DNA of 64,000 nucleotides from an uncultured Candidatus Sumerlaeota bacterium (GCA_942493245.1 OW818685.1:4770973-4834972); one strand, 5' to 3'; counted from the stretch's first letter, positions 28,947 to 38,898 are shown. Numbers and translations: made by a program. Notes: a model not told the origin generated them from the sequence alone.

Positions 28947-29828
28947 TCATCGCCACCGCAACCGGCGCATTTCGCCGTCGCGCTCGCGTTCGCCCCCCAC
29001 GACGCGCAGGGTGAAGACCCCCTCCTCTTCTCCCAACGCCGCTTCGACCCACCCCACCGGTTCCTTCCGGGCAAAGCTGTACCCCATCGCGGGTAGATTC
29101 ACCAGATGCAGGCCGTCCTGTTCGGCGTAACCGTAAACGTGTGAATGTCCGAACACAATCGCCTTGACCTGCGCGGCGGGCCGCGCGATCTCCAGCAGGT
29201 CGGGCAAATCCTTGGGCGTGTGGTGGACAAACAGCAAAACAGGCTTCCGACTCGTATGCTCTTTCAGAAAGTCGCCCAACCACACCTTTTGCGCCTCACC
29301 CAGTTCGCCCGCGTCCACATTGACCCCCTTGTTGGAATCCAGAACAACCAGTGTGCAATCCTTCCCTTCCTCAACCAGGATCCGTCTCCCGTCCACCGGT
29401 TGAAGTCTTTTGTGTTTTTCCGGGAAGGTTTTCGCGCAATTATCCCGGCTGTCGTGATTGCCAAGTGCCAGCAGAACCGGCCCGCGTTTTTTCAAAGGCT
29501 CGAGTATTTTCCGAATCAGGACATAATCGTTAGCCTGACCGGTCAGGCGCGCCAAGTCGCCGGTAACGACAGATCCCCCGATCTCGGGCCGGGCGACAAT
29601 CTGCCGGACCGCCTGCTCCAGATTTTCCGCCGGACCGAAGTGAAACAAACTCGACGACGGGCTGGGTGGCGTTCCCTCGCCCGGAATATGGACATCGCTC
29701 AGAAACGCCCAGACTCGCGCCTGCGACGAATGACGGGAAAACGAGGAACACCCAGTCAAACCCCATACCGCTCCCGCGGAACAAAGTCCCCCGAATAAAA
29801 ACGCGCGTCTTGTGATTCGATTCCGCAT
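28947..29828 (-). CDS. Calcineurin-like metallophosphoesterase (CpdA-like) with Tat signal peptide
   Basis: MRNRITRRAFLFGGLCSAGA is a twin-arginine signal. Metallophosphoesterase motifs are present: LSDVHIP, GNHD, VLLFVHH, GHSH. AAGGAG lies 7 nt upstream of the ATG. Confidence 0.85.
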   Translation of the reverse strand: MRNRITRRAFLFGGLCSAGAVWGLTGCSSFSRHSSQARVWAFLSDVHIPGEGTPPSPSSSLFHFGPAENLEQAVRQIVARPEIGGSVVTGDLARLTGQANDYVLIRKILEPLKKRGPVLLALGNHDSRDNCAKTFPEKHKRLQPVDGRRILVEEGKDCTLVVLDSNKGVNVDAGELGEAQKVWLGDFLKEHTSRKPVLLFVHHTPKDLPDLLEIARPAAQVKAIVFGHSHVYGYAEQDGLHLVNLPAMGYSFARKEPVGWVEAALGEEEGVFTLRVVGGERERDGEMRRLRWR

Positions 29829-29888
29829 CGCTCTCTCCTTACTTTTTCAGATGAAGTGGGAACGGATTGTTTGAAAGGCCGGAACGGT

Positions 29889-31688
29889 TCACTGGTCCAG
29901 ACACCGCGCCACCGCCGCCGCCAGATCGGCTTTCGCCACCGGCTTGACCAGATACTCGCGAATCCCCAGGTCGGCAGCCTTCTGGGCGTCGAACGTCTCA
30001 CTGAACCCGGAACAGAGCAGAATGGGCAGATCGGGCCGGACCGACAAAATCCGCTGCGCCAGATCGGCCCCCGACATCTTTGGCATGGACATATCGGTAA
30101 TCACCAGGTCGCAAAGTGAAGGATCCTTCAGAAACATCGCCCAGGCGTCCACGGGGGACGTCAACGTCTGGACCTGATAGCCCAGGCTTTCCAGGACCCG
30201 TTGTCCCAACCGAGTCAGCGTCTCCTCATCATCCACAAAAAGAATCCGTCCGGTTCCGTGGCGAGGCGATGCCGAATCGTCCGAAACAGGCGGCGGTTGC
30301 GTTTCCTCTTCCGCACGGCAACAGGGGAAATACAGACTGAACGAAGTCCCCGAGCCGACCCGGCTTTTCATCGAAATATAGCCTCCCACACTCTTGACAA
30401 TCCCCAGAACCACGGACAACCCCATACCCGTCCCTTCTCCCCGGCCCTTCGTGGTGAAATAGGGATCGAAAATTCGCTCCAGATGCGACTCCTCGATACC
30501 GCAACCCGTATCGCTGACGATAAGCCGCACATAATCGCCCGCGGGTACCTCGCCCTCGACACAAACGACCTCGCGATCCCGCAGCGAGACAGGGGACAAC
30601 GACACGCGCAGGATGCCGCTTCCCTGTTCGCGCATCGCGTGGTAGGCGTTGGTGCATAGATTCATAACAACCTGATGGACCTGTGTCGCATCGCACCGGA
30701 TAACGCCACACCGCCGATCGAGAGATTCCTCGATCTCAATCGTCGAGGGGATCGTGGCGCGAATGAACCGCACCGCTTCCTGCACGACCGGTCGGATATC
30801 GGCGGGGAGAAACTTTTCCTCTTCATGCCGGGAAAATCCGAGGATCTGCCGCACGATTTCCTTCGCCCGGTGTCCGGCCTTGATAATCTCGTCGTAGTTG
30901 CTCACATCGAGATTCGCCGCCAGCAGATCCTCTCGCCCCAGATCGGCATATCCGATAATCGCCGTCAGAATGTTGTTGAAGTCGTGCGCGACCCCGCCCG
31001 CCAGCGCCCCCATCGCCTCCATTTTCTGGGCTTGCCGCAACCGCTTTTCCTCTTCCTCGCGCATTTGTTCTATTCTTTTCCGTTCGCTGATGTCGCGTAC
31101 CACCGCGATCACCCGCAGTTCGTCTCCCACTTCAAAGCGGCTCAGGGCCACCTCGACCCAGAAAACCTCTCCATTTTTGCGCCGACACTGCCATTCAAAA
31201 AGTTGGGGACCTTCCTGGGACGCCTGGCGAATCCGCCCGCAGGCCGTTTCCTGATCGTAGGACGACTGCCCTGAACTCAAGTCTCCCACCGACAGGTTCA
31301 ACGCTTCCTCCCGCGTGTATCCAAACGTGTTCAACATCGCCTGGTTCACATCCAGGATTTTCCCCTTTTGTGCGTCATGGATAAAAATGGCTTCCTGCGT
31401 TGAATTGAAAACCATCCGATAATTCGCTTCCGCCTGTCGCAACGTCTCCTGCGTTTGGGCCTCTTTCTTCAACTCTCTTAAAAAAAGCATATAGAGAATC
31501 CACGCCAGAACCGCCGTGTACACCCACCCCTTCACCATGGAAGCAATGGAAGCCCAGTCGCGATCCGGAATCAGCCACGCCACCAACTGATCGGAACACA
31601 GAATCCACAAGGCGGACAAAACCGCGTAGATCCCCGCAATACGCAAGGCGCTCTTCGCCGGAGAAGAGGGGGGTACGAGAGGCGTCAT
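29889..31688 (-). CDS. Membrane-anchored PAS sensor hybrid histidine kinase with C-terminal receiver domain
   Basis: Two N-terminal TM segments, then PAS, HisKA (HDFNN), HATPase_c, and a canonical REC (ILFVDDEE, DLVITDMSMP, KP). I prefer ATG 31688 (GGAGGGGGAC upstream) over the ORF-track start 31805. Confidence 0.85.
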   Translation of the reverse strand: MTPLVPPSSPAKSALRIAGIYAVLSALWILCSDQLVAWLIPDRDWASIASMVKGWVYTAVLAWILYMLFLRELKKEAQTQETLRQAEANYRMVFNSTQEAIFIHDAQKGKILDVNQAMLNTFGYTREEALNLSVGDLSSGQSSYDQETACGRIRQASQEGPQLFEWQCRRKNGEVFWVEVALSRFEVGDELRVIAVVRDISERKRIEQMREEEEKRLRQAQKMEAMGALAGGVAHDFNNILTAIIGYADLGREDLLAANLDVSNYDEIIKAGHRAKEIVRQILGFSRHEEEKFLPADIRPVVQEAVRFIRATIPSTIEIEESLDRRCGVIRCDATQVHQVVMNLCTNAYHAMREQGSGILRVSLSPVSLRDREVVCVEGEVPAGDYVRLIVSDTGCGIEESHLERIFDPYFTTKGRGEGTGMGLSVVLGIVKSVGGYISMKSRVGSGTSFSLYFPCCRAEEETQPPPVSDDSASPRHGTGRILFVDDEETLTRLGQRVLESLGYQVQTLTSPVDAWAMFLKDPSLCDLVITDMSMPKMSGADLAQRILSVRPDLPILLCSGFSETFDAQKAADLGIREYLVKPVAKADLAAAVARCLDQ

Positions 31689-31974
31689 GAAACCGTCCCC
31701 CTCCCCAGTGGGGTCCACATTCTCCTCATACTCCCCTTCCAGAAACCCACCGCGTAGAGAATCATCGAGAAGGCGCTCCCAAGGATATTCAAAGACAAAA
31801 ATCAAAAAACTCTTCCTGTACCAGGGAGAAGCCTACCCTTTTCGTCCACCTGCCTCAAGCAAAATCATAACACGCAAAAAGGCCGCGTCCGAAATTACGG
31901 GGACATGATCTCTCCCCTTCCGGACCGGCCTCGTTGCAAAGATGGAAACCTTTTCCATCCGCCGCGCCGCACAC

Positions 31975-34479
31975 TCAAATAAACAGGTTCACCTGCCCTG
32001 CCGAAGCGGCGCCCAGGTACATGGCCACGCCTCCTTCCTCGATTCCTTCGATCAATTCCTCACGCTTGATCCCCATCAAATCCATGGACATGGAACAGAC
32101 CACCAGCCGCGCGCCGCCCTGACGGGCCGACTGAATCAATTCGCCCAGCGCGGGCACCTTCTTCTGGCGCATGATCCCCTTGATCATAGCCAGTCCCATT
32201 CCGGCCATCTGCATTTTCGACAACGCCAGTTTTTCCGGCCCGCGCGGCATCATCCACCCGAACATCTTCTCGACCAGATTCTTCTGTACCGGTGGCGGGT
32301 TGTCGCGCCGCAGGATATTGATTCCCCAGAACGTGAAGAACAGCGTCGGTTTCAGCCCCATCGCCACCGCGCCATTGGCAATGATAAACGCCGCCACCGC
32401 CCGGTCGAAATCGTTGCTGAACACCACAATCGTCATCCCCTGCTGGCCCGGCGTCTGAGGCGCCGGACAAACCGCCGGAACAGCCGAGGCGCCCGCCACC
32501 GCCTTTTTCACGATCGCCCGGTTTTCTCCAGCGCCCGGCGTCACCTCGACCAGCGTGTGGCCCGTCGTCCGGCACCACGCGGGCAAATCGTTGCAGAATG
32601 CCGAGTCGGATGTCAGAATCTCGACCGCATCTCCCACATTCACCCCATCCACCGCTTCCTTGAGCAGCAGAATGGGACCCGGACATTGCAGCCCCCGCGC
32701 ATCCACCCGTTTGGTCACTGTCGGAGCCGATGCGCCACCACGGGAGTTTCCACTCGGTGCCGACGTGAAGGATGCCCCCGATTTTGATCCCGTATCGTCG
32801 CGCAGCGGCCCGCGCGGCTGTTTCGCCGTCTGGTTCTTCGCCATCAGGTACGTCTTATATCCCCCCGTCAAATTCCGGCAGGCAAATCCCTTTTGCGCCA
32901 GAATCCGGCACGCCAGATACCCGCGCAACCCCACCTGGCAATACACCAGAACTTCCTTGTCACGCGGAATCTCGTCCAGCCGCCCGCGCAATTCGTCCAC
33001 CGGGATGTTGTTCGCTCCGGGAATCGCCCCAGCCGCCACCTCGGCGCCCGTGCGCACATCGAGCAACCATTCGTGTGGCTGCGGGTCAACCACATCCTCG
33101 ACATGACACACCCGCATGTCGCCTCGCAACACGTTAGCCGCCACGAAGGCCGCGAAATTGACCGGATCCTTCGCCGACCCGTAGGGCGGCGCATAGGACA
33201 ATTCCGTCTCCTCCAGATCGAAAACCGTCATCCCCGCCTGAATGGCGGTGGCGAATACATCAATCCGTTTGTCTATTCCCCTCGGTCCTACCGCTTGCGC
33301 CCCCAGCACCCGACCGTCCGACGGATCGAACAACAACTTCAGACTGATCTGCGTCGCACCGGGATAGTATCCGGCGTGGTGAGCCGGGTGAACATAAATC
33401 TTCTCATAGCACCGGCCCAGCCGCTTCAACACCTTTTCGCTCGACCCGGTCATGCCGATGGCCAGCCCGAACACCTTGCAGATCGCCGTGCCCTGGGTCC
33501 CCCGCCACGGGCGCGGACGCCCGAACAGGTGATCCGCCACCAGTCGCCCTTGCCGGTTCGCCGGACCCGCCAGCGGCAGCAGCGCCATCCCACCGCTCAT
33601 AAAGTCCCGCGTCTCGATCGCATCGCCCACCGCATAGATAGCCGGGTCGGACGTGCGCAGATACTCGTCCACCGCGATCCCGCCCAGCGCGCCAATCGTC
33701 AGCCCCGCCTCGCGCGCCAGTCGCACCTCGGGCTTGACCCCAATGGCGAGAACCGCCAGTCCGCAGGTCAGTGTGTCGCCCGTGCTGAGGTGAACTTCCA
33801 GGCCCGTCTCGGTTTCCTGAAACGCGGTCACCGAAGTCTCCAACCGCAGATCCACCCCGTGGCGTTGCAATTCATCATGGAGAGGCGCCACCATCTCGGC
33901 ATCCGCCGGTCCCATCACCTGAGCCGCCAGTTCGACCAAAGTCACCTTCAACCCCCGCTCGCAGAGCGCCTCAGCCATCTCCAGACCGATATACCCACCC
34001 CCGACCACCACGGCGGACCGTGTGGCCGATTCCCCCAGGATGGACAGAATCCCATCCATGTCCTCCATGTTGCGCAAGGTGCGCACGGAACCGCTTTCCA
34101 CGCCCGGAATCGGAGGACGCACGGGTTCCGCGCCCGGACTCAGCGCCAGCGCGTCATACGCCTCGGTGTACTCGCGCCCGGTCTCCCGGTCGCGCACCAC
34201 CACCTGACGGTTTTCACGATCAATTCGCAATACCTCGTGGCGCACCCGCACATCCAGGCAAAACACCTGCTTCAGCCGCTCGGGTGTCTGGACCAGCAAC
34301 CGATCACGCTGCTCAATCACCCCCCCGATGTGGTAGGGCAACCCACAGTTGGCGAATGAGACATACGGCCCGCGTTCGAGCAGCACAATCTCCGCCTCTT
34401 CGTTCAACCGCCGCGCCCGCGCGGCGCAAGACGCCCCGCCCGCCACTCCACCCACCACCACCAGCTTGCGTACAGACAT
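31975..34479 (-). CDS. CoA-disulfide reductase / NADH oxidase-family flavoprotein fused to rhodanese, TusA-like and DsrE-like domains
   Basis: FAD/NAD(P) Rossmann motifs (VVVGGVAGG, VVVGGGYIGLE). Redox Cys in SFANCGLPY. Rhodanese active-site YCQVGLRG. TusA CPGP motif (LQCPGPILLLKEAV). The C-terminal DsrE/DsrF-like domain begins MTIVVFSNDFDRAVAAFIIANGA. Confidence 0.88.
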   Translation of the reverse strand: MSVRKLVVVGGVAGGASCAARARRLNEEAEIVLLERGPYVSFANCGLPYHIGGVIEQRDRLLVQTPERLKQVFCLDVRVRHEVLRIDRENRQVVVRDRETGREYTEAYDALALSPGAEPVRPPIPGVESGSVRTLRNMEDMDGILSILGESATRSAVVVGGGYIGLEMAEALCERGLKVTLVELAAQVMGPADAEMVAPLHDELQRHGVDLRLETSVTAFQETETGLEVHLSTGDTLTCGLAVLAIGVKPEVRLAREAGLTIGALGGIAVDEYLRTSDPAIYAVGDAIETRDFMSGGMALLPLAGPANRQGRLVADHLFGRPRPWRGTQGTAICKVFGLAIGMTGSSEKVLKRLGRCYEKIYVHPAHHAGYYPGATQISLKLLFDPSDGRVLGAQAVGPRGIDKRIDVFATAIQAGMTVFDLEETELSYAPPYGSAKDPVNFAAFVAANVLRGDMRVCHVEDVVDPQPHEWLLDVRTGAEVAAGAIPGANNIPVDELRGRLDEIPRDKEVLVYCQVGLRGYLACRILAQKGFACRNLTGGYKTYLMAKNQTAKQPRGPLRDDTGSKSGASFTSAPSGNSRGGASAPTVTKRVDARGLQCPGPILLLKEAVDGVNVGDAVEILTSDSAFCNDLPAWCRTTGHTLVEVTPGAGENRAIVKKAVAGASAVPAVCPAPQTPGQQGMTIVVFSNDFDRAVAAFIIANGAVAMGLKPTLFFTFWGINILRRDNPPPVQKNLVEKMFGWMMPRGPEKLALSKMQMAGMGLAMIKGIMRQKKVPALGELIQSARQGGARLVVCSMSMDLMGIKREELIEGIEEGGVAMYLGAASAGQVNLFI

Positions 34480-34566
34480 ACGAATGATTCCTCCCTCAAT
34501 GTGTTCCGGAATCGGCTTCCCGCGGCCGGGTCATCCGGGATCGAACTTCTCATACGACTCAATGCC

Positions 34567-34893
34567 TCAACCTGCGCCCGCTCGATCTTCCGGTGAGGAC
34601 TCGATTCCACAGGCGAAGCGGATACAATCGAGCATCCGCGGCAACCGGGGATTCACCACCCGGTAATAAACAGCCCGCCCCCGCCGTTCGCTCCCAAGCA
34701 AACCGTGCCCCTGGAGCAATCGCAGATGCCCACACGTCTGATGCTCCGAAAGACCGCACAGCCGCGCCACCTCGCGCACCGGGTATTCCCCACCCAACAG
34801 AATCTCCACCATGCGCAGACGCGCCGGGTGCGCCATGAGGCGAAAACATTCAGCGGCTTTCTCAAGTTGTTCGTACGGAATAGATTCTACCAT
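34567..34893 (-). CDS. ArsR/SmtB-family regulator, BigR/SqrR-like (candidate persulfide-sensing repressor)
   Basis: Winged HTH ...HPARLRMVEILL....VREVARLCGLSEHQTCGHLRLL. Cys residues sit in AECFRL (N-terminal helix) and LDCIRFAC (C-terminal). The gene lies directly upstream of the Cdr-rhodanese-TusA-DsrE gene on the same strand. Confidence 0.8.
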   Translation of the reverse strand: MVESIPYEQLEKAAECFRLMAHPARLRMVEILLGGEYPVREVARLCGLSEHQTCGHLRLLQGHGLLGSERRGRAVYYRVVNPRLPRMLDCIRFACGIESSPEDRAGAG

Positions 34894-34945
34894 ACCCCAC
34901 CCCTCGCCAGGCAAACTGAAAACGGGACATCTACGCCCCGCACAG

Positions 34946-34983
34946 ATATTGATATATCAAGACCTCTCGATATGTCAATATAT
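34946..34983. promoter_or_regulatory. AT-rich palindromes upstream of the ArsR gene (candidate operator)
   Basis: A perfect 12-bp palindrome TTGATATATCAA (34949-34960) and TCGATATGTCAATATAT (34967-34983) lie in the promoter region of the ArsR-Cdr operon. Confidence 0.4.
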
Positions 34984-35286
34984 TTCTCTATGCCTTGACC
35001 CAGACACAGGGAACACAGAAACGACACCCACCCGAAGGGATGCCCCCAAGACGCCCGTGCCACCTCCTGCGCGCGTCTGCGCTCCCTCACAGATCCGGAG
35101 TTTTTCAACCTTGCTTGACACGCCCACCCCGGACGTTTATGATTCCAGATAGACTGAGGGGTGGGGCATTCCGGGCACAACGAGATTGGGGACACACACG
35201 GTGAACTCCCCGTATCGGCCAGGTGCCTCGAAAACAGACCTGATCCCCATCCCCCAATACGTCACACGACAAGGAGATCTGCTTCG

Positions 35287-36084
35287 ATGGTGTTTCATCG
35301 GATTTTGGGCGGCCTGATCCTGGCCGGGTTATTGAGTGTTGTCTGCGGTTGCCGTCACTCCTCCCCCTATCGCTACGCCGATGGGGTCTTCCAGTACTCG
35401 ACCCTGCAGGCCCTGCTCGAGGGAGTGTACGACGGGGAGTTGGAGTGCGGCGAACTGCTCTCTCACGGCGACCTGGGAATTGGAACCTTCAACGCGCTCG
35501 ATGGGGAAATGATCGTTCTGGACGGGCAATGCTATCAGGCGAAAGCGAATGGCTCGATCCAGCGCGTCCCGGGAAACTGGAGCACCCCCTTCGCCACCGT
35601 CACCCCGTTCGACGAAGACGAAATTCTGCACCTGGGACAGGTCTCCTCTCTGGATGTCTTCACCGCCACGATGGATAAGGCCGCAACCAACCGCAATCTG
35701 CCCCTGGCGTTTCGCGTGGACGGAACCTTCACCTATATCAAGACGCGCAGTGTGCCTGCCCAGAAAAAACCCTACCCGCGTCTGGCCGACGCGGCCAAAC
35801 GGCAAAAAGTCACGGAAATCAAGAATGTGACCGGAACCATTGTCGGATTCCGCCTGCCACAGTATCTCAACGGCGTCAACGTGGCGGGGTACCACATGCA
35901 CTTCATTGACTCGAAACACCGCTGGGGCGGGCACGTACTGGATTTCTGGGCGCCTGCGCTGCGCGTGGCGCTCGACCCCTCGACCGATCTGCGCATCGTC
36001 CTGCCCCAGACCGACGAGTTCGCCCGGGCGAAACTGACTGAAAGCAAGGAAGCCGAAGTCCAGGCCGTGGAACGCGGAAAATAA
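35287..36084 (+). CDS. alsD: Alpha-acetolactate decarboxylase with N-terminal signal/lipoprotein-like peptide
   Basis: GVFQYSTLQALLEGVYDGE...GDLGIGTFNALDGEMIVLDGQCYQ is the ALDC signature. ATG 35287 has AAGGAG 11 nt upstream. The N-terminus is MVFHRILGGLILAGLLSVVCGC. Confidence 0.85.
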   Translation: MVFHRILGGLILAGLLSVVCGCRHSSPYRYADGVFQYSTLQALLEGVYDGELECGELLSHGDLGIGTFNALDGEMIVLDGQCYQAKANGSIQRVPGNWSTPFATVTPFDEDEILHLGQVSSLDVFTATMDKAATNRNLPLAFRVDGTFTYIKTRSVPAQKKPYPRLADAAKRQKVTEIKNVTGTIVGFRLPQYLNGVNVAGYHMHFIDSKHRWGGHVLDFWAPALRVALDPSTDLRIVLPQTDEFARAKLTESKEAEVQAVERGK

Positions 36085-36085
36085 G

Positions 36086-36157
36086 AGGGGACACGGGCGT
36101 TCCGCCCGTGAAGCGGTTTGGATCATGGGTGGGACGCCCATGCCCCCTTTTTTTATT
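36086..36157 (+). repeat. Family-2 REP-like palindromic element (a), doubling as an intrinsic terminator after alsD
   Basis: GGACACGGGCGTTCCGCCCGTGAA ... GGTGGGACGCCCATGCCCCC is followed by TTTTTTT. It shares the CAYGGGCG-N3-CGCCCRTG core with the elements at 42976, 54724 and 56578. Confidence 0.6.
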
Positions 36158-36272
36158 GTGTCAATCGATCCTTTTGCAAAAGTCGTTGAATGACTCGATT
36201 TTCAGGTGAGCATTGAGGGTTTATCCTTCTCCGATCTTGCGACTTAAACCTCCCGGCACTCGTCTCCCTTTT

Positions 36273-36392
36273 GTCATCCCCGCGAACGCGGGGACCCAGA
36301 GGAGCGCGAACGGGAAAACAGGGGGGGAACTCAGGGGAAACGCAATCAACCAGAACGTCCCGGATCTGGGTTCCCGCTTTCGCGGGAATGAC
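36273..36392. repeat. Family-1 double-hairpin repeat, copy 2
   Basis: Near-identical ends to copy 1 (GTCATCCCCGCGAACGCGGGGACCCAGAG ... CTGGGTTCCCGCTTTCGCGGGAATGAC). It is flanked at about 100 bp on each side by the perfect 12-bp palindrome CTTTTGCAAAAG (36171-36182 and 36473-36484). Confidence 0.75.
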
Positions 36393-36515
36393 GAAAAGTG
36401 GAATGGCGTTTAGACCCGAATGTAAAAAACATTCAAAACGATCAACCCAACTTTGTCGCCGTTTACTCCATACTTTTGCAAAAGGCTCAATCACCTCGAA
36501 AAGGAGACCGGAAAG

Positions 36516-37085
36516 ATGCCAACGCTTCACGAAGTCGCCCAGAAACACCGCACGGTGGAACAGGGAATTCTGCCCGAACTGGTCTTGCGGTGGTCGCCGC
36601 GTTCGATGACCGGCGAAGCGCTCACCCGCGCGGATCTGCTCCCTCTCTTTGAAGCAGCCCGCTGGGCGCCGTCGAGTTACAACAACCAGCCTTGGCGCTT
36701 CCACTACGCCTTGCGCGGCACGCCCGGTTTCCAAAAACTCTTCGCGCTCCTGATGGAGGCCAACCAGGCGTGGTGCAAGAATGCCGGCTGTCTGATGGTG
36801 GCCGTGTCCAAGAACACCTTCGATTTCAACGGCCAGCCAATGGTCACGCATTCGCACGATACGGGCGCAGCCTGGCATGCGATGGCCATCGAGGGCGTGC
36901 GGCGCAACCTGCTGGTCCACGGCATGTCGGGTTTCGACTACGAAGCGGCGGCCCGGGCGCTGGCGCTCCCCGAGGGGTTTTCGGTCGAGTGCATGATCGC
37001 GGCTGGGTACCCTGCCGAAGGGATCGAGCAGGAGACGGTCAACGACCGTAAAACGGTGGATGAAATCGCCATTGAAGTTTCCTGA
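36516..37085 (+). CDS. Nitroreductase-family oxidoreductase
   Basis: Family-like motifs include RWSPRSMTGE, RWAPSSYNNQPWRF and HDTGAAWHAMAIEGV. ATG 36516 has AAGGAGA 8 nt upstream. Confidence 0.85.
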   Translation: MPTLHEVAQKHRTVEQGILPELVLRWSPRSMTGEALTRADLLPLFEAARWAPSSYNNQPWRFHYALRGTPGFQKLFALLMEANQAWCKNAGCLMVAVSKNTFDFNGQPMVTHSHDTGAAWHAMAIEGVRRNLLVHGMSGFDYEAAARALALPEGFSVECMIAAGYPAEGIEQETVNDRKTVDEIAIEVS

Positions 37086-37218
37086 TATTCCGGGTAAAGA
37101 GAACGGGTGATTTCTGGCATTCAGGCGTTGAAAAGCGCCGGGTGATCCAGAAAATCCGCATCCGGCCTGGTCCGAATGCACCCGCGTTCGATTTTTCTGT
37201 CAATGGAGCGACTCCTCG

Positions 37219-38898
37219 ATGGCTCAGCAATATGTATTTACGATGTACCGCATGACGAAACGCTATGGCACGCGTCAGATTCTTCAGGACATCAATCTCT
37301 GTTTCTACCCGGGCGCCAAGATCGGCGTGGTCGGCAACAATGGTTCCGGTAAGTCCACCCTGCTGCGCATCATGGCCGGAATTGACACCGAGTTCGACGG
37401 CCAGGCGGCTCCCGAGAAAGGGGTGCGGGTGGGGATGGTCGCCCAGGAACCCTATCTCGATCCGGAGAAGACCGTCCGCGACATCGTCGAAATGGCTTTC
37501 TCGAAGACCAAGGATCTCCTGACCGAGTACGACGACCTGACCGCGAAGATGTGCGAGGACCTCTCGGACGACGAAATGCAGAAGGTCATGGACCGCATGG
37601 CCCGGGTCCAGGACGCCATTGACGCTGCGGACGGGTGGGAACTCGACCGCCAGATCAGCGGCGCCGCCGACGCGCTCGTCCTGCCGCCCGACGACTCCTC
37701 CGTCAATGTCCTCTCGGGCGGCGAGCGCCGCCGCGTGGCCCTCTGCCGCGCCCTGCTCGAAAAACCCGACATCCTCCTGCTCGACGAGCCGACCAACCAT
37801 CTGGACGCCGAAACGGTCGAATGGCTCGAAGAACAGCTGCGCGAATACCCCGGTACGGTTATCGTGGTCACGCACGACCGCTACTTCCTCGACAACATCA
37901 CCAAATGGATTCTCGAACTCGACAACGGACGCGGAATTCCCTTCGAGGGGAACTACTCCTCGTGGCTCGAACAGAAACTGGCCCTGCTGGTGGCCGATGA
38001 AAAGAAAGACTCCGAGCGCCGTAAATCGCTCGAACGCGAACTCAAGTGGATCCGCATGAGCACATCGGACCGCTTGGAACTTTCGCGCGCCCGCGTGTCG
38101 GAGTACGAGCAGTTGGTGGCCCGCGAAGCCGCCGCCAGCGCCGAGGGGGAACGCGGCGTGATCGAGATTCCGCCGGGGCCGCGTCTGGGCGACAACGTCC
38201 TCGAATTCAAGAACGTCACGAAGGCCTACGGCGGCAACGTGCTGATCCAGGATCTGTCGTTCATCGTCCCCAAGGGCGCCATCATCGGAGTGGTCGGCCC
38301 CAACGGCGCGGGCAAGACCACCATGTTCCGCATGGCGCTGGGACTGGAAGCCCCGGACTCGGGAACCGTCTCGATGGGCGAGACGGTGGAATCGGCCTAC
38401 GTGGACCAGATGCGCGACGACCTGAACCCGGAGAATGCCGTGTGGGAAGAAATCACCGGGGGCCAGGAAGAATTTCTGCTCGGGAACCGTTCGGTCAATT
38501 CGCGCGGGTACGTTTCGCGTTTCAATTTCCGGGGACAGGACCAGCAGAAGATGGTCGGCAATCTCTCGGGAGGTGAGCGCAACCGGGTCCACCTGGCCAA
38601 ATTGATCCGGCGCGGCGGAAATTTTCTCTTCCTCGACGAACCGACCAACGACCTCGACGTGGGCGCGTTGCGCATGCTCGAAGACGCCATCCAGAACTAC
38701 TCGGGCTGCGCCATGATCATCAGTCACGACCGCTTTTTCCTCGACCGCATCTGTACGCACCTGCTGGTGTTTGAGGGCGAAGGCGTCGTGCGCTGGTTCC
38801 AGGGCAATTTCCAGGACTACGAACACTACCGCCGCGAGCAACTGGGGGGCGATCTCTTCAAGAACCGTCGGAAACGCTACCGCAAACTGGCGCTCTGA
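37219..38898 (+). CDS. ettA: ABC-F ATPase, energy-dependent translational throttle EttA
   Basis: 559 aa and close to collinear with E. coli EttA/YjjK (GAKIGVVGNNGSGKSTLLRIMAGID..., LSGGERRRVALCRALLEKPDILLLDEPTNHLDAE, HDRYFLDN, EGNYSSWLEQK). Confidence 0.95.
   Translation: MAQQYVFTMYRMTKRYGTRQILQDINLCFYPGAKIGVVGNNGSGKSTLLRIMAGIDTEFDGQAAPEKGVRVGMVAQEPYLDPEKTVRDIVEMAFSKTKDLLTEYDDLTAKMCEDLSDDEMQKVMDRMARVQDAIDAADGWELDRQISGAADALVLPPDDSSVNVLSGGERRRVALCRALLEKPDILLLDEPTNHLDAETVEWLEEQLREYPGTVIVVTHDRYFLDNITKWILELDNGRGIPFEGNYSSWLEQKLALLVADEKKDSERRKSLERELKWIRMSTSDRLELSRARVSEYEQLVAREAAASAEGERGVIEIPPGPRLGDNVLEFKNVTKAYGGNVLIQDLSFIVPKGAIIGVVGPNGAGKTTMFRMALGLEAPDSGTVSMGETVESAYVDQMRDDLNPENAVWEEITGGQEEFLLGNRSVNSRGYVSRFNFRGQDQQKMVGNLSGGERNRVHLAKLIRRGGNFLFLDEPTNDLDVGALRMLEDAIQNYSGCAMIISHDRFFLDRICTHLLVFEGEGVVRWFQGNFQDYEHYRREQLGGDLFKNRRKRYRKLAL

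Noticed and set aside
28675-29283. 202-aa minus-strand ORF overlapping the metallophosphoesterase 3' end and nrdJ leader
   Set aside because: A different frame of a region already explained by a bona fide gene plus promoter/leader. Composition is Arg/Gly-rich.
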